A stretch of 64,000 bases of DNA from Candidatus Woesebacteria bacterium. Lineage in GTDB: Bacteria > Patescibacteriota > Microgenomatia > UBA8517. Location: assembly GCA_016432365.1 (NCBI GenBank), contig CP066686.1, positions 691,992-755,991 of the forward strand. Reading direction: 5' to 3'. A program made the translations under genes and the position numbers. Positions 55,743-64,000 of the stretch are shown in pieces (positions within the stretch are counted from its first letter, which is position 1; the number at the start of each line of letters is the position of its first letter). The notes under the pieces were generated by a model that worked only from the letters and a program-made list of their open reading frames with translations, was not told the DNA's origin and ran no database searches.

Positions 55743-56435
55743 ATGAATTTCATTAAAATAATTATCAAAATAATAATCGCCATTTTGGCCGTGTTGTTTT
55801 TAATTGCTCTGTTTATCTTTATATTGGTTACAGACTTAGGTGGCTTGCAGTCATCCAAACTTAAAAATAGAGATGCTAGAAGAGCTCAAGAAATTGAAAC
55901 CATTCGTATAAACAAAAATAACTGGCAACTTTATTCTAATTCTGATCTAAAATTTTCGTTAATGATTCCAGCAGAAGCAACTGTACGCGAAGCATCCTTA
56001 GTAACTGCGGGTAGTTTTGGAGAAGATATAGATTTTGACGATAATCGAAAATTAATCATAGATACCGTGCATGGCCCTGAAAGTATTCAAATAGGTACAA
56101 TAGATAACATAAAACGTGTACGGCGTGTTCCTGTCAGTAAAGATAGAACAAATCTATACACAATTGAAAATATCTTAAACCTTCAAAGTTACCTATCTAA
56201 CAAAAAAATAACGCTAGATAGTTTTGAAAACACCAAACTACTTAAATTGAGTGATTATAGTTACTATTACCCAGGTAAAAAGCAATTATTGTTTAGAATT
56301 TCTGGAGGTAGTTCTGTCGAATGGTTTTTGAATGACAACATCTTCCCCTTTACCCATATTGATTCAGCTGAAGGTGAGCAAATCAAGCTACTTCAATTAG
56401 ATATCTTAAAAACTGTGAAGTTTTTAAATAATTAA
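55743..56435 (+). CDS. Membrane-anchored hypothetical protein
   Basis: N-terminal TM IIIAILAVLFLIALFIFILV. Confidence 0.5.
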   Translation: MNFIKIIIKIIIAILAVLFLIALFIFILVTDLGGLQSSKLKNRDARRAQEIETIRINKNNWQLYSNSDLKFSLMIPAEATVREASLVTAGSFGEDIDFDDNRKLIIDTVHGPESIQIGTIDNIKRVRRVPVSKDRTNLYTIENILNLQSYLSNKKITLDSFENTKLLKLSDYSYYYPGKKQLLFRISGGSSVEWFLNDNIFPFTHIDSAEGEQIKLLQLDILKTVKFLNN

Positions 56436-56489
56436 GAAGTCTTAACCGCCGATTTGCATTTTAAATAAAGTAGTGGTTTAATACACACT

Positions 56490-57230
56490 ATGAGTCATGA
56501 AATGCGCGAAATAGGCAAGGCTAGGCACGAACTTGCGACCAAGACACCAAAATATATTCAACGGTGTGAGTTGTCGGAGGACGGAGAGAGTTTGATCTAC
56601 GATTATATGGGTTCAACTGAGTTTGAAATTGGTGATCAGGCAAAATCCTTAAATCGTATCTTTGCAAGCGGGATAACCGAATACACAGTAAATGTACCAT
56701 ATGGCGAAGATAATATTATTTTTGGTTTGGTTGCAGGGAAAGGTTTTCCTGCTGAAAAATACGTTGAAGTTATAAAGGGGTTAATAGATAGGTCTTTTTA
56801 CTTGAAAGAGCCTACCTATTTAGACCACGCAATTGACAAAAATTTTAATCCGTCTGCGTTTAAGATTCAGGACGAATTTCTTCCCCACACAAATGCTTGG
56901 TTTGATTTTACCAATGACGTTCTTTTTACAATGGATGCCGACGTTGCCGCAAATTTAAAACCAAGGCTTGAACAGATTAAAATTAAATGGGAAACACCGG
57001 AACCAAAACACATAAAAATGTTTAAAAAAGAAACTCAAAAAGTTGAACAGGCGTTAATTGACAGGGGAGTTTCGTTTATTTTCTTAGGAAATTATGCAGA
57101 TATCGACGGAGTACCACATGCTTGGCTAAACAGTACAGAATCTTACGGTTGGTTTACTCTCGAGGAGTTAAGGGCGTGGAGCGGAAAGGGAGAAGTTAAG
57201 CGTATAGAAAAACGAAAGTCAGGTAGCTAA
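56490..57230 (+). CDS. Hypothetical protein
   Basis: 246-aa ORF. Confidence 0.5.
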   Translation: MSHEMREIGKARHELATKTPKYIQRCELSEDGESLIYDYMGSTEFEIGDQAKSLNRIFASGITEYTVNVPYGEDNIIFGLVAGKGFPAEKYVEVIKGLIDRSFYLKEPTYLDHAIDKNFNPSAFKIQDEFLPHTNAWFDFTNDVLFTMDADVAANLKPRLEQIKIKWETPEPKHIKMFKKETQKVEQALIDRGVSFIFLGNYADIDGVPHAWLNSTESYGWFTLEELRAWSGKGEVKRIEKRKSGS

Positions 57231-57276
57231 TTTTTGTAAACGCTTCTATCCAGGCTCACAAAGCTTAAAGATTATT

Positions 57277-57642
57277 TTAAAGTCCCCAACTGAATATATC
57301 TGGATCTTCGGCCATGCCGGGATTCCAAACTTCCGGAAGCATCTCAATTTCCACTTCTTTTCCAAGTCCAACTTCTGCCTTAATTTTGGTCATGGCAACA
57401 ATTTCCGGTCCGTATGGACAAAATGGGGTCGTCAATATCATTTTGAGTTTGCCTTTGCCGTTTTCATCCAAACTAAAATCCCTGACAAGTCCAAGTTGAA
57501 CAATATCGTATCCAAGTTCGGGGTCAATTACTTCAGACAATTTTGTCCGCATTTTTTCAACAAGATCGGGATTGGAATCATGTATGGCCCATTTGATTTG
57601 GTTATCTTTTTTGTTGTTTGGATTTTCAAATTCTTGCGACAT
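57277..57642 (-). CDS. DUF59 / MIP18-family Fe-S cluster assembly protein (SufT-like)
   Basis: LSEVIDPELGYDIVQLGLVRDF...MILTTPFCPYGPEI is a DUF59 signature. Confidence 0.7.
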   Translation of the reverse strand: MSQEFENPNNKKDNQIKWAIHDSNPDLVEKMRTKLSEVIDPELGYDIVQLGLVRDFSLDENGKGKLKMILTTPFCPYGPEIVAMTKIKAEVGLGKEVEIEMLPEVWNPGMAEDPDIFSWGL

Positions 57643-57644
57643 TT

Positions 57645-59075
57645 TTAAATTTTCAAAAGTCCTTTTATATACTTCTGAACACCGGCAAAATAGTTATTTA
57701 TCTGATTCTGGTCAATTTTGACTACGTACGCTTCAATCGAAAAAGTATTGGTTATCTTCTCATTTTTAGCGTCTTTAAGGAATAGTGATTTTGTATAAAT
57801 TCCGGTATTTTCGGGGGCAGCTGCTTTAAATACAATTAACCCCAGCCGGGTTGGCTCAATTTCTTGAAATGATAAAGGTTTAATCGAAAAATCAGAAGTT
57901 TCGCTTCCTATGGAAATATTATTTTGCGACCAAATAGATTGCCCCGTATTTTTGGCCAAAATAGCACCTACATATTCGGATCCGATAGGAATAATCGGTT
58001 GGGCGAATGCTGCCAAGATATCTCCTTTTGTTATTTGTTTTGGAGCACCCGCAATCTTAGAAAGATTCGAAATTGCGGTATAGAAAGAATAAAAAGATTC
58101 ATCCGCTTTTTTCCATGAAAATTGGGCAAATGGGGGATTGGGATAGTTTAAAATAAAAGGAGTAACGGCTACAACCCGGTTATCACTCCAAACATTTTTG
58201 TATGCATATATCAAGCGTGAAGTGATTAGATCTTCGGATGCGTCAACATTAGACCATCCTGTCTCGGTAATAAATACAGGCAGGTTTTTAGTTACGCCAA
58301 GAGTTTTGAGATAAGCCAGTTCCCAATCAAAAGTATCAATAGTTCCACGGCCAATGTCTGTTTCTTTGCCTGAGAATGCCGGATTGGGGTATGAATGGGA
58401 GTTCCAGCCGTCAATAAAATTAAAAACGTCAGGTTCAGCTTTTAGCATACCTCGTATGAACTTTGTTTCCTCCATTGTTTTGGCTGAATTGTTGGCTGAA
58501 GCATCAAGACCGGCCGGCAAAACAAAAAAATCGGAAGAAGCAGAATGCAGGGCCTGCGAAAACTTCTTTAAATAAGTTGCGTATGAAGCCGGATCTATTT
58601 TACCGCCCCACTCGGCGGAATGGTTGGGCTCATTGGAAATGATTACATATCTGTTTTCTATTACCCAATTTAATGAGTTTAAAAATGCTATCCAGTTGTT
58701 TATTTCCGTATCGGTTGGTATTTCCCAGGTATTGCCGTTAGCTTTGGTGGCAAGTCTTACTATCGGGATAAGGTGACCGCGTCTCATTTCGTCAAAAACC
58801 TTTTGCCACCTATCTTGGTCTCTTTCTCCTTCGGTGATAACAACTGTTACATAACCCCAGTCACCGTTAGTGTTAACAAGCTTGGCAGCATCCGGGAGGT
58901 CTTTTTCACTAAAAATATGAATCCCGAATTTATTATTTGGAACGGAAAGGGGATCGGTAATAGCCAAGGCCTTTTTTGGAGTAATAAATAAGAGAGTTAA
59001 AATCAGAATCAGGAAAATTGAAAAGTGTTTAAGCATCAAGCATTCATTGTACCAAAGTATGGAAATGGTAAGCAA
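57645..59075 (-). CDS. Secreted TIM-barrel glycoside hydrolase-like protein (GH5-like NEP motif)
   Basis: Signal peptide. YVIISNEPNH carries a candidate NEP acid/base. Low certainty. Confidence 0.4.
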   Translation of the reverse strand: MLTISILWYNECLMLKHFSIFLILILTLLFITPKKALAITDPLSVPNNKFGIHIFSEKDLPDAAKLVNTNGDWGYVTVVITEGERDQDRWQKVFDEMRRGHLIPIVRLATKANGNTWEIPTDTEINNWIAFLNSLNWVIENRYVIISNEPNHSAEWGGKIDPASYATYLKKFSQALHSASSDFFVLPAGLDASANNSAKTMEETKFIRGMLKAEPDVFNFIDGWNSHSYPNPAFSGKETDIGRGTIDTFDWELAYLKTLGVTKNLPVFITETGWSNVDASEDLITSRLIYAYKNVWSDNRVVAVTPFILNYPNPPFAQFSWKKADESFYSFYTAISNLSKIAGAPKQITKGDILAAFAQPIIPIGSEYVGAILAKNTGQSIWSQNNISIGSETSDFSIKPLSFQEIEPTRLGLIVFKAAAPENTGIYTKSLFLKDAKNEKITNTFSIEAYVVKIDQNQINNYFAGVQKYIKGLLKI

Positions 59076-59159
59076 AGCTTGCCACTCGGCACCGGGTGGT
59101 TCCTCGTGGTAAAATAACAGTCAAGCCCCTACAGTTTTTCTGATGGGTGAGTTAGACGA

Positions 59160-59231
59160 GCCCCTATAGCTCAACGGATAGAGCGCGCCCCTTCTAAGGG
59201 TGAAATGAAAGTTCGATTCTTTCTGGGGGCA
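59160..59231 (+). tRNA. tRNA-Arg(TCT): tRNA-Arg (anticodon TCT)
   Basis: GCCCCTA-TA-GCTC-AACGGATA-GAGC-G-CGCCC-CTTCTAA-GGGTG-AAAT-GAAAG-TTCGATT-CTTTC-TGGGGGC-A. Confidence 0.8.
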
Positions 59232-59235
59232 CAAA

Positions 59236-59345
59236 GTGACCTAGCTCAACGGATAAGCTGCTACGCATCTTGCTTCTCGCAAGACTCGAAGTAGAGCATG
59301 TTCTTTCTAAGGAGGAGATGAAGGTTCGATTCCCTCCAAGGGCAC
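59236..59345 (+). pseudogene. Degenerate tRNA-Arg(TCT)-like element with ~37-nt insertion in D-arm; no 5' acceptor partner found
   Basis: It shares the D-arm (TAGCTCAACGGATA), the anticodon-loop core (CTTTCTAAGG) and the T-loop (GGTTCGATTC) with the upstream tRNA-Arg. The acceptor does not close. Confidence 0.3.
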
Positions 59346-59371
59346 TTTTAGGTCCTTTTATTTGGTATAAT

Positions 59372-59458
59372 GCGGAAGTGGCGGAACTGGCAGACGCGCA
59401 GGCCTCAGAAGCTTGTGGACCTAATACGTCCTTGGAGGTTCGACTCCTCTCTTCCGCA
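59372..59458 (+). tRNA. tRNA-Leu(CAG): tRNA-Leu (anticodon CAG), class II
   Basis: GCGGAAG-TG-GCG-GAACTGGCAGA-CGC-G-CAGGC-CTCAGAA-GCTTG, a long variable arm, GGAGG-TTCGACT-CCTCT, and CTTCCGC-A. Confidence 0.8.
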
Positions 59459-59462
59459 CCGC

Positions 59463-59543
59463 GCGCGGGTGGCGGAATGGTATACGCGCACGCCTAAGGA
59501 GCGTGTAGAGCAATCTGTGCAGGTTCAACTCCTGTCCCGCGCA
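59463..59543 (+). tRNA. Class II tRNA (Leu-like) with apparent anticodon AAG (loop CTAAGGA)
   Basis: GCGCGGG-TG-GCG-GAATGGTATA-CGC-G-CACGC-CTAAGGA-GCGTG, a 13-nt variable arm, GCAGG-TTCAACT-CCTGT, and CCCGCGC-A. All stems pair. A34 is unusual. Confidence 0.55.
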
Positions 59544-59707
59544 CTAGGAGTGACAGTGCTGTCTGCGTATTGTTGAATAGTGTCAGCTCCGGAGGAAACT
59601 ATCCCCCTTTTTAATTATGATTTCGGGCATTCACACCTCTTGCTATAGTTTTGTGAGTCTGTTTTTGTGCTTCAAAATTAAATAGTGAGTTAGGTATGGG
59701 GCGTATT

Positions 59708-59736
59708 TTTAGATTTTTCTGAGAAAAGGGTGTAAT
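59708..59736 (+). promoter_or_regulatory. Conserved upstream motif AGATTTTT-TGAGAAAAGGGTGTAA-AT (copy 1), ~35 nt before start of 59770 gene
   Basis: A near-identical 27-nt motif recurs at 61341-61368 upstream of the 650-aa gene. It ends in a -10-like TAATAT/TAAAAT. Confidence 0.35.
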
Positions 59737-59769
59737 ATTTGGGTAGTTGGTTAATTGTGAATATGTAAT

Positions 59770-60069
59770 ATGAATATTAAATGGCTTTCAATAGCTGTTG
59801 GGATTCTTCTTCTTTTGGGGATACTAAATGTCTGGACTTACGATTATTACACGATCCTTAGGTGGGCAGTTTGTGGAGTTGCTATCTATAATGCCATAGG
59901 GTATTCAAAATCCAACTTAACTGGTTGGGTTTTTATTTTTGGTGGATTAGCTTTCTTATTTAATCCACTATTTCCCGTTTATCTAAACAAAAGTTCATGG
60001 GTGGGAATCGATCTAATATCTGCAGTACTGTTCTTTTTGTCTGCAAATTCTATCAAACCTAAAAAATGA
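59770..60069 (+). CDS. Small membrane protein (3 TM helices)
   Basis: 99 aa, hydrophobic. Confidence 0.5.
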   Translation: MNIKWLSIAVGILLLLGILNVWTYDYYTILRWAVCGVAIYNAIGYSKSNLTGWVFIFGGLAFLFNPLFPVYLNKSSWVGIDLISAVLFFLSANSIKPKK

Positions 60070-60740
60070 GAAAATTTACAACTTCTCTATTGTTGATTAT
60101 TTCCTTGCCTTTTAGGTTGCTTAAAAAGTCTAAAATTGACAACTTTGCTGGTGGTTTAATATTTGGTGCAATATTTTCTTTAGTAGTAAATATTGTTACT
60201 GTCCAAATTCAGGAGTTAATAACTAAACAACATATTCTCGAAGCATTAGAAAACGAAATTGTAAACAATACATTAATTGCGAACACTGTCATTGAGAAGA
60301 ACACAAAATTAATTGCTGATAAATTATCCTACAATCCATTCACAAGTCTTCAATACTATTCCAACAATTTATGGACACAATCATCTGAGCCTTTGCAGTA
60401 TATCTCCCAATTAGATCAAGATACACAAATAGCCATAACTAGCTATTACACTCTATCGATACCTGCACACAATCGAATGAATGATTCTGTTGAAAAATTT
60501 GTATACCCACATCTCCAATATTGCAACAGTATTGATATGGAAAAGGGGTTGGCAGAAAAGACAGAATGTGACCTGTGGAATAATATATTATTGGATACAG
60601 AAAAATCTACAGCAGTGGCGGTGTCCACAAAAGGTTTCAAATTATTAGAGACGTTTCATCCAACAAAAGATCGTTTAAACAATTGGTTTTTAAGATTATT
60701 AATGGGTGACAAATCAACGAGAATTTTATCTGGACAATAA
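60066..60740 (+). CDS. Membrane-anchored hypothetical protein
   Basis: 224 aa with an N-terminal TM helix. ATGA overlap with the upstream gene. Confidence 0.5.
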   Translation: MRKFTTSLLLIISLPFRLLKKSKIDNFAGGLIFGAIFSLVVNIVTVQIQELITKQHILEALENEIVNNTLIANTVIEKNTKLIADKLSYNPFTSLQYYSNNLWTQSSEPLQYISQLDQDTQIAITSYYTLSIPAHNRMNDSVEKFVYPHLQYCNSIDMEKGLAEKTECDLWNNILLDTEKSTAVAVSTKGFKLLETFHPTKDRLNNWFLRLLMGDKSTRILSGQ

Positions 60741-60774
60741 TATTATATAATTATATGCAAGATAAAAAAACAAT

Positions 60775-61305
60775 ATGAAAGGAATTTTCAAGGGAATAAT
60801 AACAATAGCAATAGGAGGCACGATCTTCACAATAAGCCAAACAGACCTAGCAAAAAATTTTTCAAAAGAAACAGGTCTGACACAAGAGCAAGCCCAACAA
60901 TATGTTGAGAATATAAAAGATGAGGACTTAGCCTCTTTTGACAAGATAGGATCAGATTTTGTTTCTGATGGTAAAGGCATATTAAGTACTAATTCAAGCA
61001 TAGATTGTGTTAATTACACTTATGAATGGGAGTCGAGTGTGCTGACCTGTCAAAAAGGAAAATCGCAACTTGCCACGATTGGAAATGACGAAATAGCACT
61101 AGGGCAAGCATATATAAAGTTAGCTTCAGATTCTGCAACAAGAGATGACATATCTAAAGTCATTAGCCTTATTGATAGGCTTAACACAGATCTAAAGTTT
61201 GAAATTGTGACTTCTATGTTAAGTCCTCAAACGATAGATGAGATGAGAAAGTCAAATTCATACAATAAGGCACTTCTTCAAACAGCACTAGAAAGTAAAC
61301 AATAA
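60775..61305 (+). CDS. Secreted hypothetical protein
   Basis: 176 aa with an N-terminal TM/signal. Confidence 0.5.
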   Translation: MKGIFKGIITIAIGGTIFTISQTDLAKNFSKETGLTQEQAQQYVENIKDEDLASFDKIGSDFVSDGKGILSTNSSIDCVNYTYEWESSVLTCQKGKSQLATIGNDEIALGQAYIKLASDSATRDDISKVISLIDRLNTDLKFEIVTSMLSPQTIDEMRKSNSYNKALLQTALESKQ

Positions 61306-61340
61306 ATGAAATCTTTGTAACCATACTTATAAGTTAGGTT

Positions 61341-61368
61341 TGAGATTTTTATGAGAAAAGGGTGTAAA
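61341..61368 (+). promoter_or_regulatory. Conserved upstream motif (copy 2) before 650-aa gene
   Basis: TTGAGATTTTTATGAGAAAAGGGTGTAAAAT, see 59708. Confidence 0.35.
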
Positions 61369-61377
61369 ATTCAGTAG

Positions 61378-63330
61378 GTGGAAATCAATATGAAAATGAA
61401 AACTCCTATCCGCCTACTCCTTTACCTTTTTGCTTTCATTGCAATCGGATTTCTGATAAAACTTGGTGTTTCGTATAAAGATAGTTTTTATTATTTGCTG
61501 GCAACTTTAGTCCTTTTTATATCATTGGGGTCTCTTGTTAAAAGGGAAAGATTACCACAATTTACAGCCCCAAAATTATCCTTTAGGCTCGATGCTCGTA
61601 AAACTCTGGAAAACATAGGCTCATTCAAACCTTCAAAGGTTAAGAAAACATTATCTAAACTAAAATTATTTAGAGGTAATAACCTTTGGTTGCTTGTTGA
61701 ATTTATATTTCTATCAGTGTTGTTTGCTTACTTACTCGTATACAAGTTGCAAGATGTCCAGGATAACTCTTTTTTGGTGGCACTGGCAAAATCTACCCTT
61801 TTGTTTATAACCAAGTATAAAGTCCACACAATTGTTACTGCTATCATATTATTTGTCTTTAACTTTGTAGTAAATGTAAAATTTGTTAGAAGGAATCTCC
61901 TTATAAATCTGCTAAAATCTTTAGCTACTTCGTTCGCCGTTATTTTGGTTAGCGTCCCAACTTCGTTAATATTAGTTTTTCTATCAATATTGATTTTCTT
62001 TAATACAATTATCGCAACATCGATTATTACACCAAAATTTTTTAATATCCATACAGATAAAAACGATATTAAGCAAATCATTGACAAAAGTGATGCCAAT
62101 TTTGAATTGGTTGGAATTACACAAACTCCATCAAAAACCTTTGTTATCAATTATCCTTATTTGGGCAAAATGGGCGGTTATTTTACCAAAAACTTTGTCA
62201 TTGACTATCCAAACTTCCTACTAGTAAGTTCACCATCAATCAATCATTCTGTCTATCTGATAAAAAACACAATCGTCATCAAAGAACTCGACAAGGACAT
62301 ATTCCAAACGTTTGCCCCAACACTAATTAAAAAACTGGTCAAGAAAGATTTGTCGCCAAGATATATTAAAGACGAGCCAGAGGTTCAAATTATTTCCCGC
62401 CAAGATTACTTAAAATACCGAGAGGACCAGATCAACAAAGAGGTCGAAGAAATTGCTGGATATATAGCAGAGGCTAAAAAGGAATTGGGGTCTATCGCTT
62501 ACAATATCCAAGTAGCAAAAAACAATATCGCAACCTTACAGGGACATATCGCTACAAATACACAATATCGAGACGAAGAATGGAACTATTGTATAAGCGC
62601 AACTTACACTTACTATGGATGGTATTCAAATTACACCTACCGCCGGTATACTGATGCATATTGCCAAAGTCAGCGAGCACAGAGGGATCAGAAAAATGCT
62701 GAGTATCAAAGTGAAATATCCACAAATCAGCAAAACTTAAGCTATTATCAGTCGCAATACAATGAATTAAAGGGATATTTAGATCAATTTCAAAATTACA
62801 AAGCATTTATTGAGGCTACTAAAGATATAACCCCCTATGAGCTTGGTTTGTTTGAACCGGAAAAATCAATTAAGGTCGTTTTAGATTCTGTTGGCGACAA
62901 GAATATCTCGAACTTTTTGGAGACACTGACGCACGAATATATCCATTACACATCCTATGTTTCCGAGGAAAGAACCCTTCCACAATTTTTCGAGGAAGGT
63001 ATTACAGAATATTTAGCCAGAAAGGTGGTTACTGACCAATTACACAAAGAAACAAATCTTGGCTATCCTGTCATTGTAAAAATTATTAACGGTATGACTA
63101 AAAAGATATCAATTGGTCAATTTGAAGATATATATTTTAACAAAAGCACAGATCAACTAGAAAGTTTACTTGATGATACCTACGGCAAAAACTTTTATAA
63201 AGATACTCAATTATACTTCGCCTTGATTCCCTACTCCCCACCAGACGAAGCACTAAAATTTGCAAACAATATTATGTTTAAAATCGGAGAACCTGAACTA
63301 ACTGAAAAAGACCTCGAAAGTACTTATTAG
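61378..63330 (+). CDS. Polytopic membrane protein with coiled-coil and C-terminal HExxH motif (putative metalloprotease-like)
   Basis: The track start is GTG. ATG at 61390 is more likely. Multiple TM helices in the first ~220 aa. Coiled-coil region, Q/Y-rich segment, LTHEYIHYT. Confidence 0.5.
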   Translation: MEINMKMKTPIRLLLYLFAFIAIGFLIKLGVSYKDSFYYLLATLVLFISLGSLVKRERLPQFTAPKLSFRLDARKTLENIGSFKPSKVKKTLSKLKLFRGNNLWLLVEFIFLSVLFAYLLVYKLQDVQDNSFLVALAKSTLLFITKYKVHTIVTAIILFVFNFVVNVKFVRRNLLINLLKSLATSFAVILVSVPTSLILVFLSILIFFNTIIATSIITPKFFNIHTDKNDIKQIIDKSDANFELVGITQTPSKTFVINYPYLGKMGGYFTKNFVIDYPNFLLVSSPSINHSVYLIKNTIVIKELDKDIFQTFAPTLIKKLVKKDLSPRYIKDEPEVQIISRQDYLKYREDQINKEVEEIAGYIAEAKKELGSIAYNIQVAKNNIATLQGHIATNTQYRDEEWNYCISATYTYYGWYSNYTYRRYTDAYCQSQRAQRDQKNAEYQSEISTNQQNLSYYQSQYNELKGYLDQFQNYKAFIEATKDITPYELGLFEPEKSIKVVLDSVGDKNISNFLETLTHEYIHYTSYVSEERTLPQFFEEGITEYLARKVVTDQLHKETNLGYPVIVKIINGMTKKISIGQFEDIYFNKSTDQLESLLDDTYGKNFYKDTQLYFALIPYSPPDEALKFANNIMFKIGEPELTEKDLESTY

Positions 63331-63334
63331 TTAG

Positions 63335-63949
63335 CTATTTAGTCGTCACAAACGTATATTCCTTACCTGTTTCCTTATCCAAACATTGGAAAGTTAATTT
63401 TTCATCAGTATTTGTAAATTTAATAACACTTTTATCAAACAAGTTGTCAATAGTGGAAGTAGAAGGATTCATTTTCGATAACCAGTCCATATAGGCTGTG
63501 GTATCCTTAGCGTCAATGGGCTTCTTGGACATATCAGAAGCTAAAGACCCTTTTACGTAGTAGATCTGGCACATTTCCAAATCTTCTTTCCAACCACCAA
63601 TGAATGCTAGTAGGGGATACTTCCCAAAATTTTTATTTTTAAATTCTTTTATAGCAGTATCTTTATCAACAACTAATTCTATAATCTGTTTTGACTTGTC
63701 CTGTTTGGCGGACCGATTTTCACCAAACAATCTATCCATGTCGACATTTAACTTTATGTATTGATCTTGCAACTTAGAGAATTTGTATGACGCAGATTCG
63801 TAATCACCTGCTACGAAATCCTTTATAACAGCATAATATGCACTCAGATAATTTTTATTATTCTGAAGTGTTTCATAGCCATAAGAATACGATTCCCTAA
63901 TTGCGTCCTCTTCTGGAAACTTAAAATCGCTTCTTGTGTATTTTTCCAA
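63335..63949 (-). CDS. Hypothetical protein
   Basis: 204-aa ORF. The 5' end may extend towards the window edge. Confidence 0.5.
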   Translation of the reverse strand: MEKYTRSDFKFPEEDAIRESYSYGYETLQNNKNYLSAYYAVIKDFVAGDYESASYKFSKLQDQYIKLNVDMDRLFGENRSAKQDKSKQIIELVVDKDTAIKEFKNKNFGKYPLLAFIGGWKEDLEMCQIYYVKGSLASDMSKKPIDAKDTTAYMDWLSKMNPSTSTIDNLFDKSVIKFTNTDEKLTFQCLDKETGKEYTFVTTK

Positions 63950-64000
63950 TGAAGCTATCTCGCTAAAATACTTCGGATAAAGTTTTTCGGGTGAAATCGA

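Noticed and set aside
59270-59576. Two plus-strand ORFs (75 aa and 68 aa)
   Set aside because: Both are read through the tRNA-Arg-like element and the tRNA-Leu(CAG) and class-II tRNA genes. Their sequences are Arg/Ala-rich translations of GC-rich tRNA DNA.

Overview
This is a 64-kb, AT-rich (about 35-38% GC by eye), densely coding bacterial chromosome segment. The gene content and style suggest a small-genome CPR/Patescibacteria-like organism. This is inferred from OmpR/histidine-kinase, ABC-F, SpoVG, DedA and LytR_C homologues, Shine-Dalgarno sites, mini GIY-YIG genes beside tRNAs, and many orphan hypothetical proteins. All calls rest on motif reading of the supplied translations and on my own manual translation. 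No searches were run.

Main content:
(1) The left ~9.5 kb looks like a mobile/defence island. It holds a large serine recombinase that runs off the window edge and was missed by the ORF track, a ribbon-helix-helix (RHH) protein, a SpoVG-like protein, a TerS-like protein, an XRE regulator, a membrane-anchored trypsin-like protease, and a DUF1508 mini-gene also missed by the track. It also holds a restriction-modification-like locus with two different DNA methyltransferases (alpha-class, and beta-class with SPPY) convergent on two overlapping PD-(D/E)xK-like ORFs.
(2) Two paralogous ~90-aa GIY-YIG genes are present. One follows a 420-bp structured non-coding region that ends in an intrinsic terminator. 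The other follows tRNA-Lys.
(3) I fold 9 tRNA genes by hand: Gly-TCC, Leu-TAA, Pro-TGG, Arg-TCG, Lys-CTT, Arg-TCT, Leu-CAG, and a class-II tRNA with an apparent AAG anticodon. Several tRNA fragments or duplications are oddly placed: a tRNA-Gly nested between complementary tRNA halves, a 19-bp direct repeat of the tRNA-Pro 3' end, and a degenerate tRNA-Arg copy.
(4) A eukaryote/archaea-type DRG GTPase with a TGS domain.
(5) An operon of cytochrome b5-like, ferric-reductase/NOX-like and cytochrome b5-like genes followed by an OmpR response regulator and a histidine kinase.
(6) A ~9.5-kb cluster of three giant beta-propeller surface proteins (FG-GAP, Kelch, FG-GAP) that share C-terminal modules.
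(7) Housekeeping and accessory enzymes: ABC-F, aldo-keto reductase (AKR), 2-hydroxyacid dehydrogenase, isochorismatase-like, RdgB/Ham1, exonuclease-endonuclease-phosphatase (EEP) nuclease, ANT-family nucleotidyltransferase, histidine phosphatase, S51 peptidase, C45 peptidase, SufT/DUF59, GH5-like, ArsR, and a standalone REC domain.
(8) Several GC-shifted genes are probably horizontally acquired.
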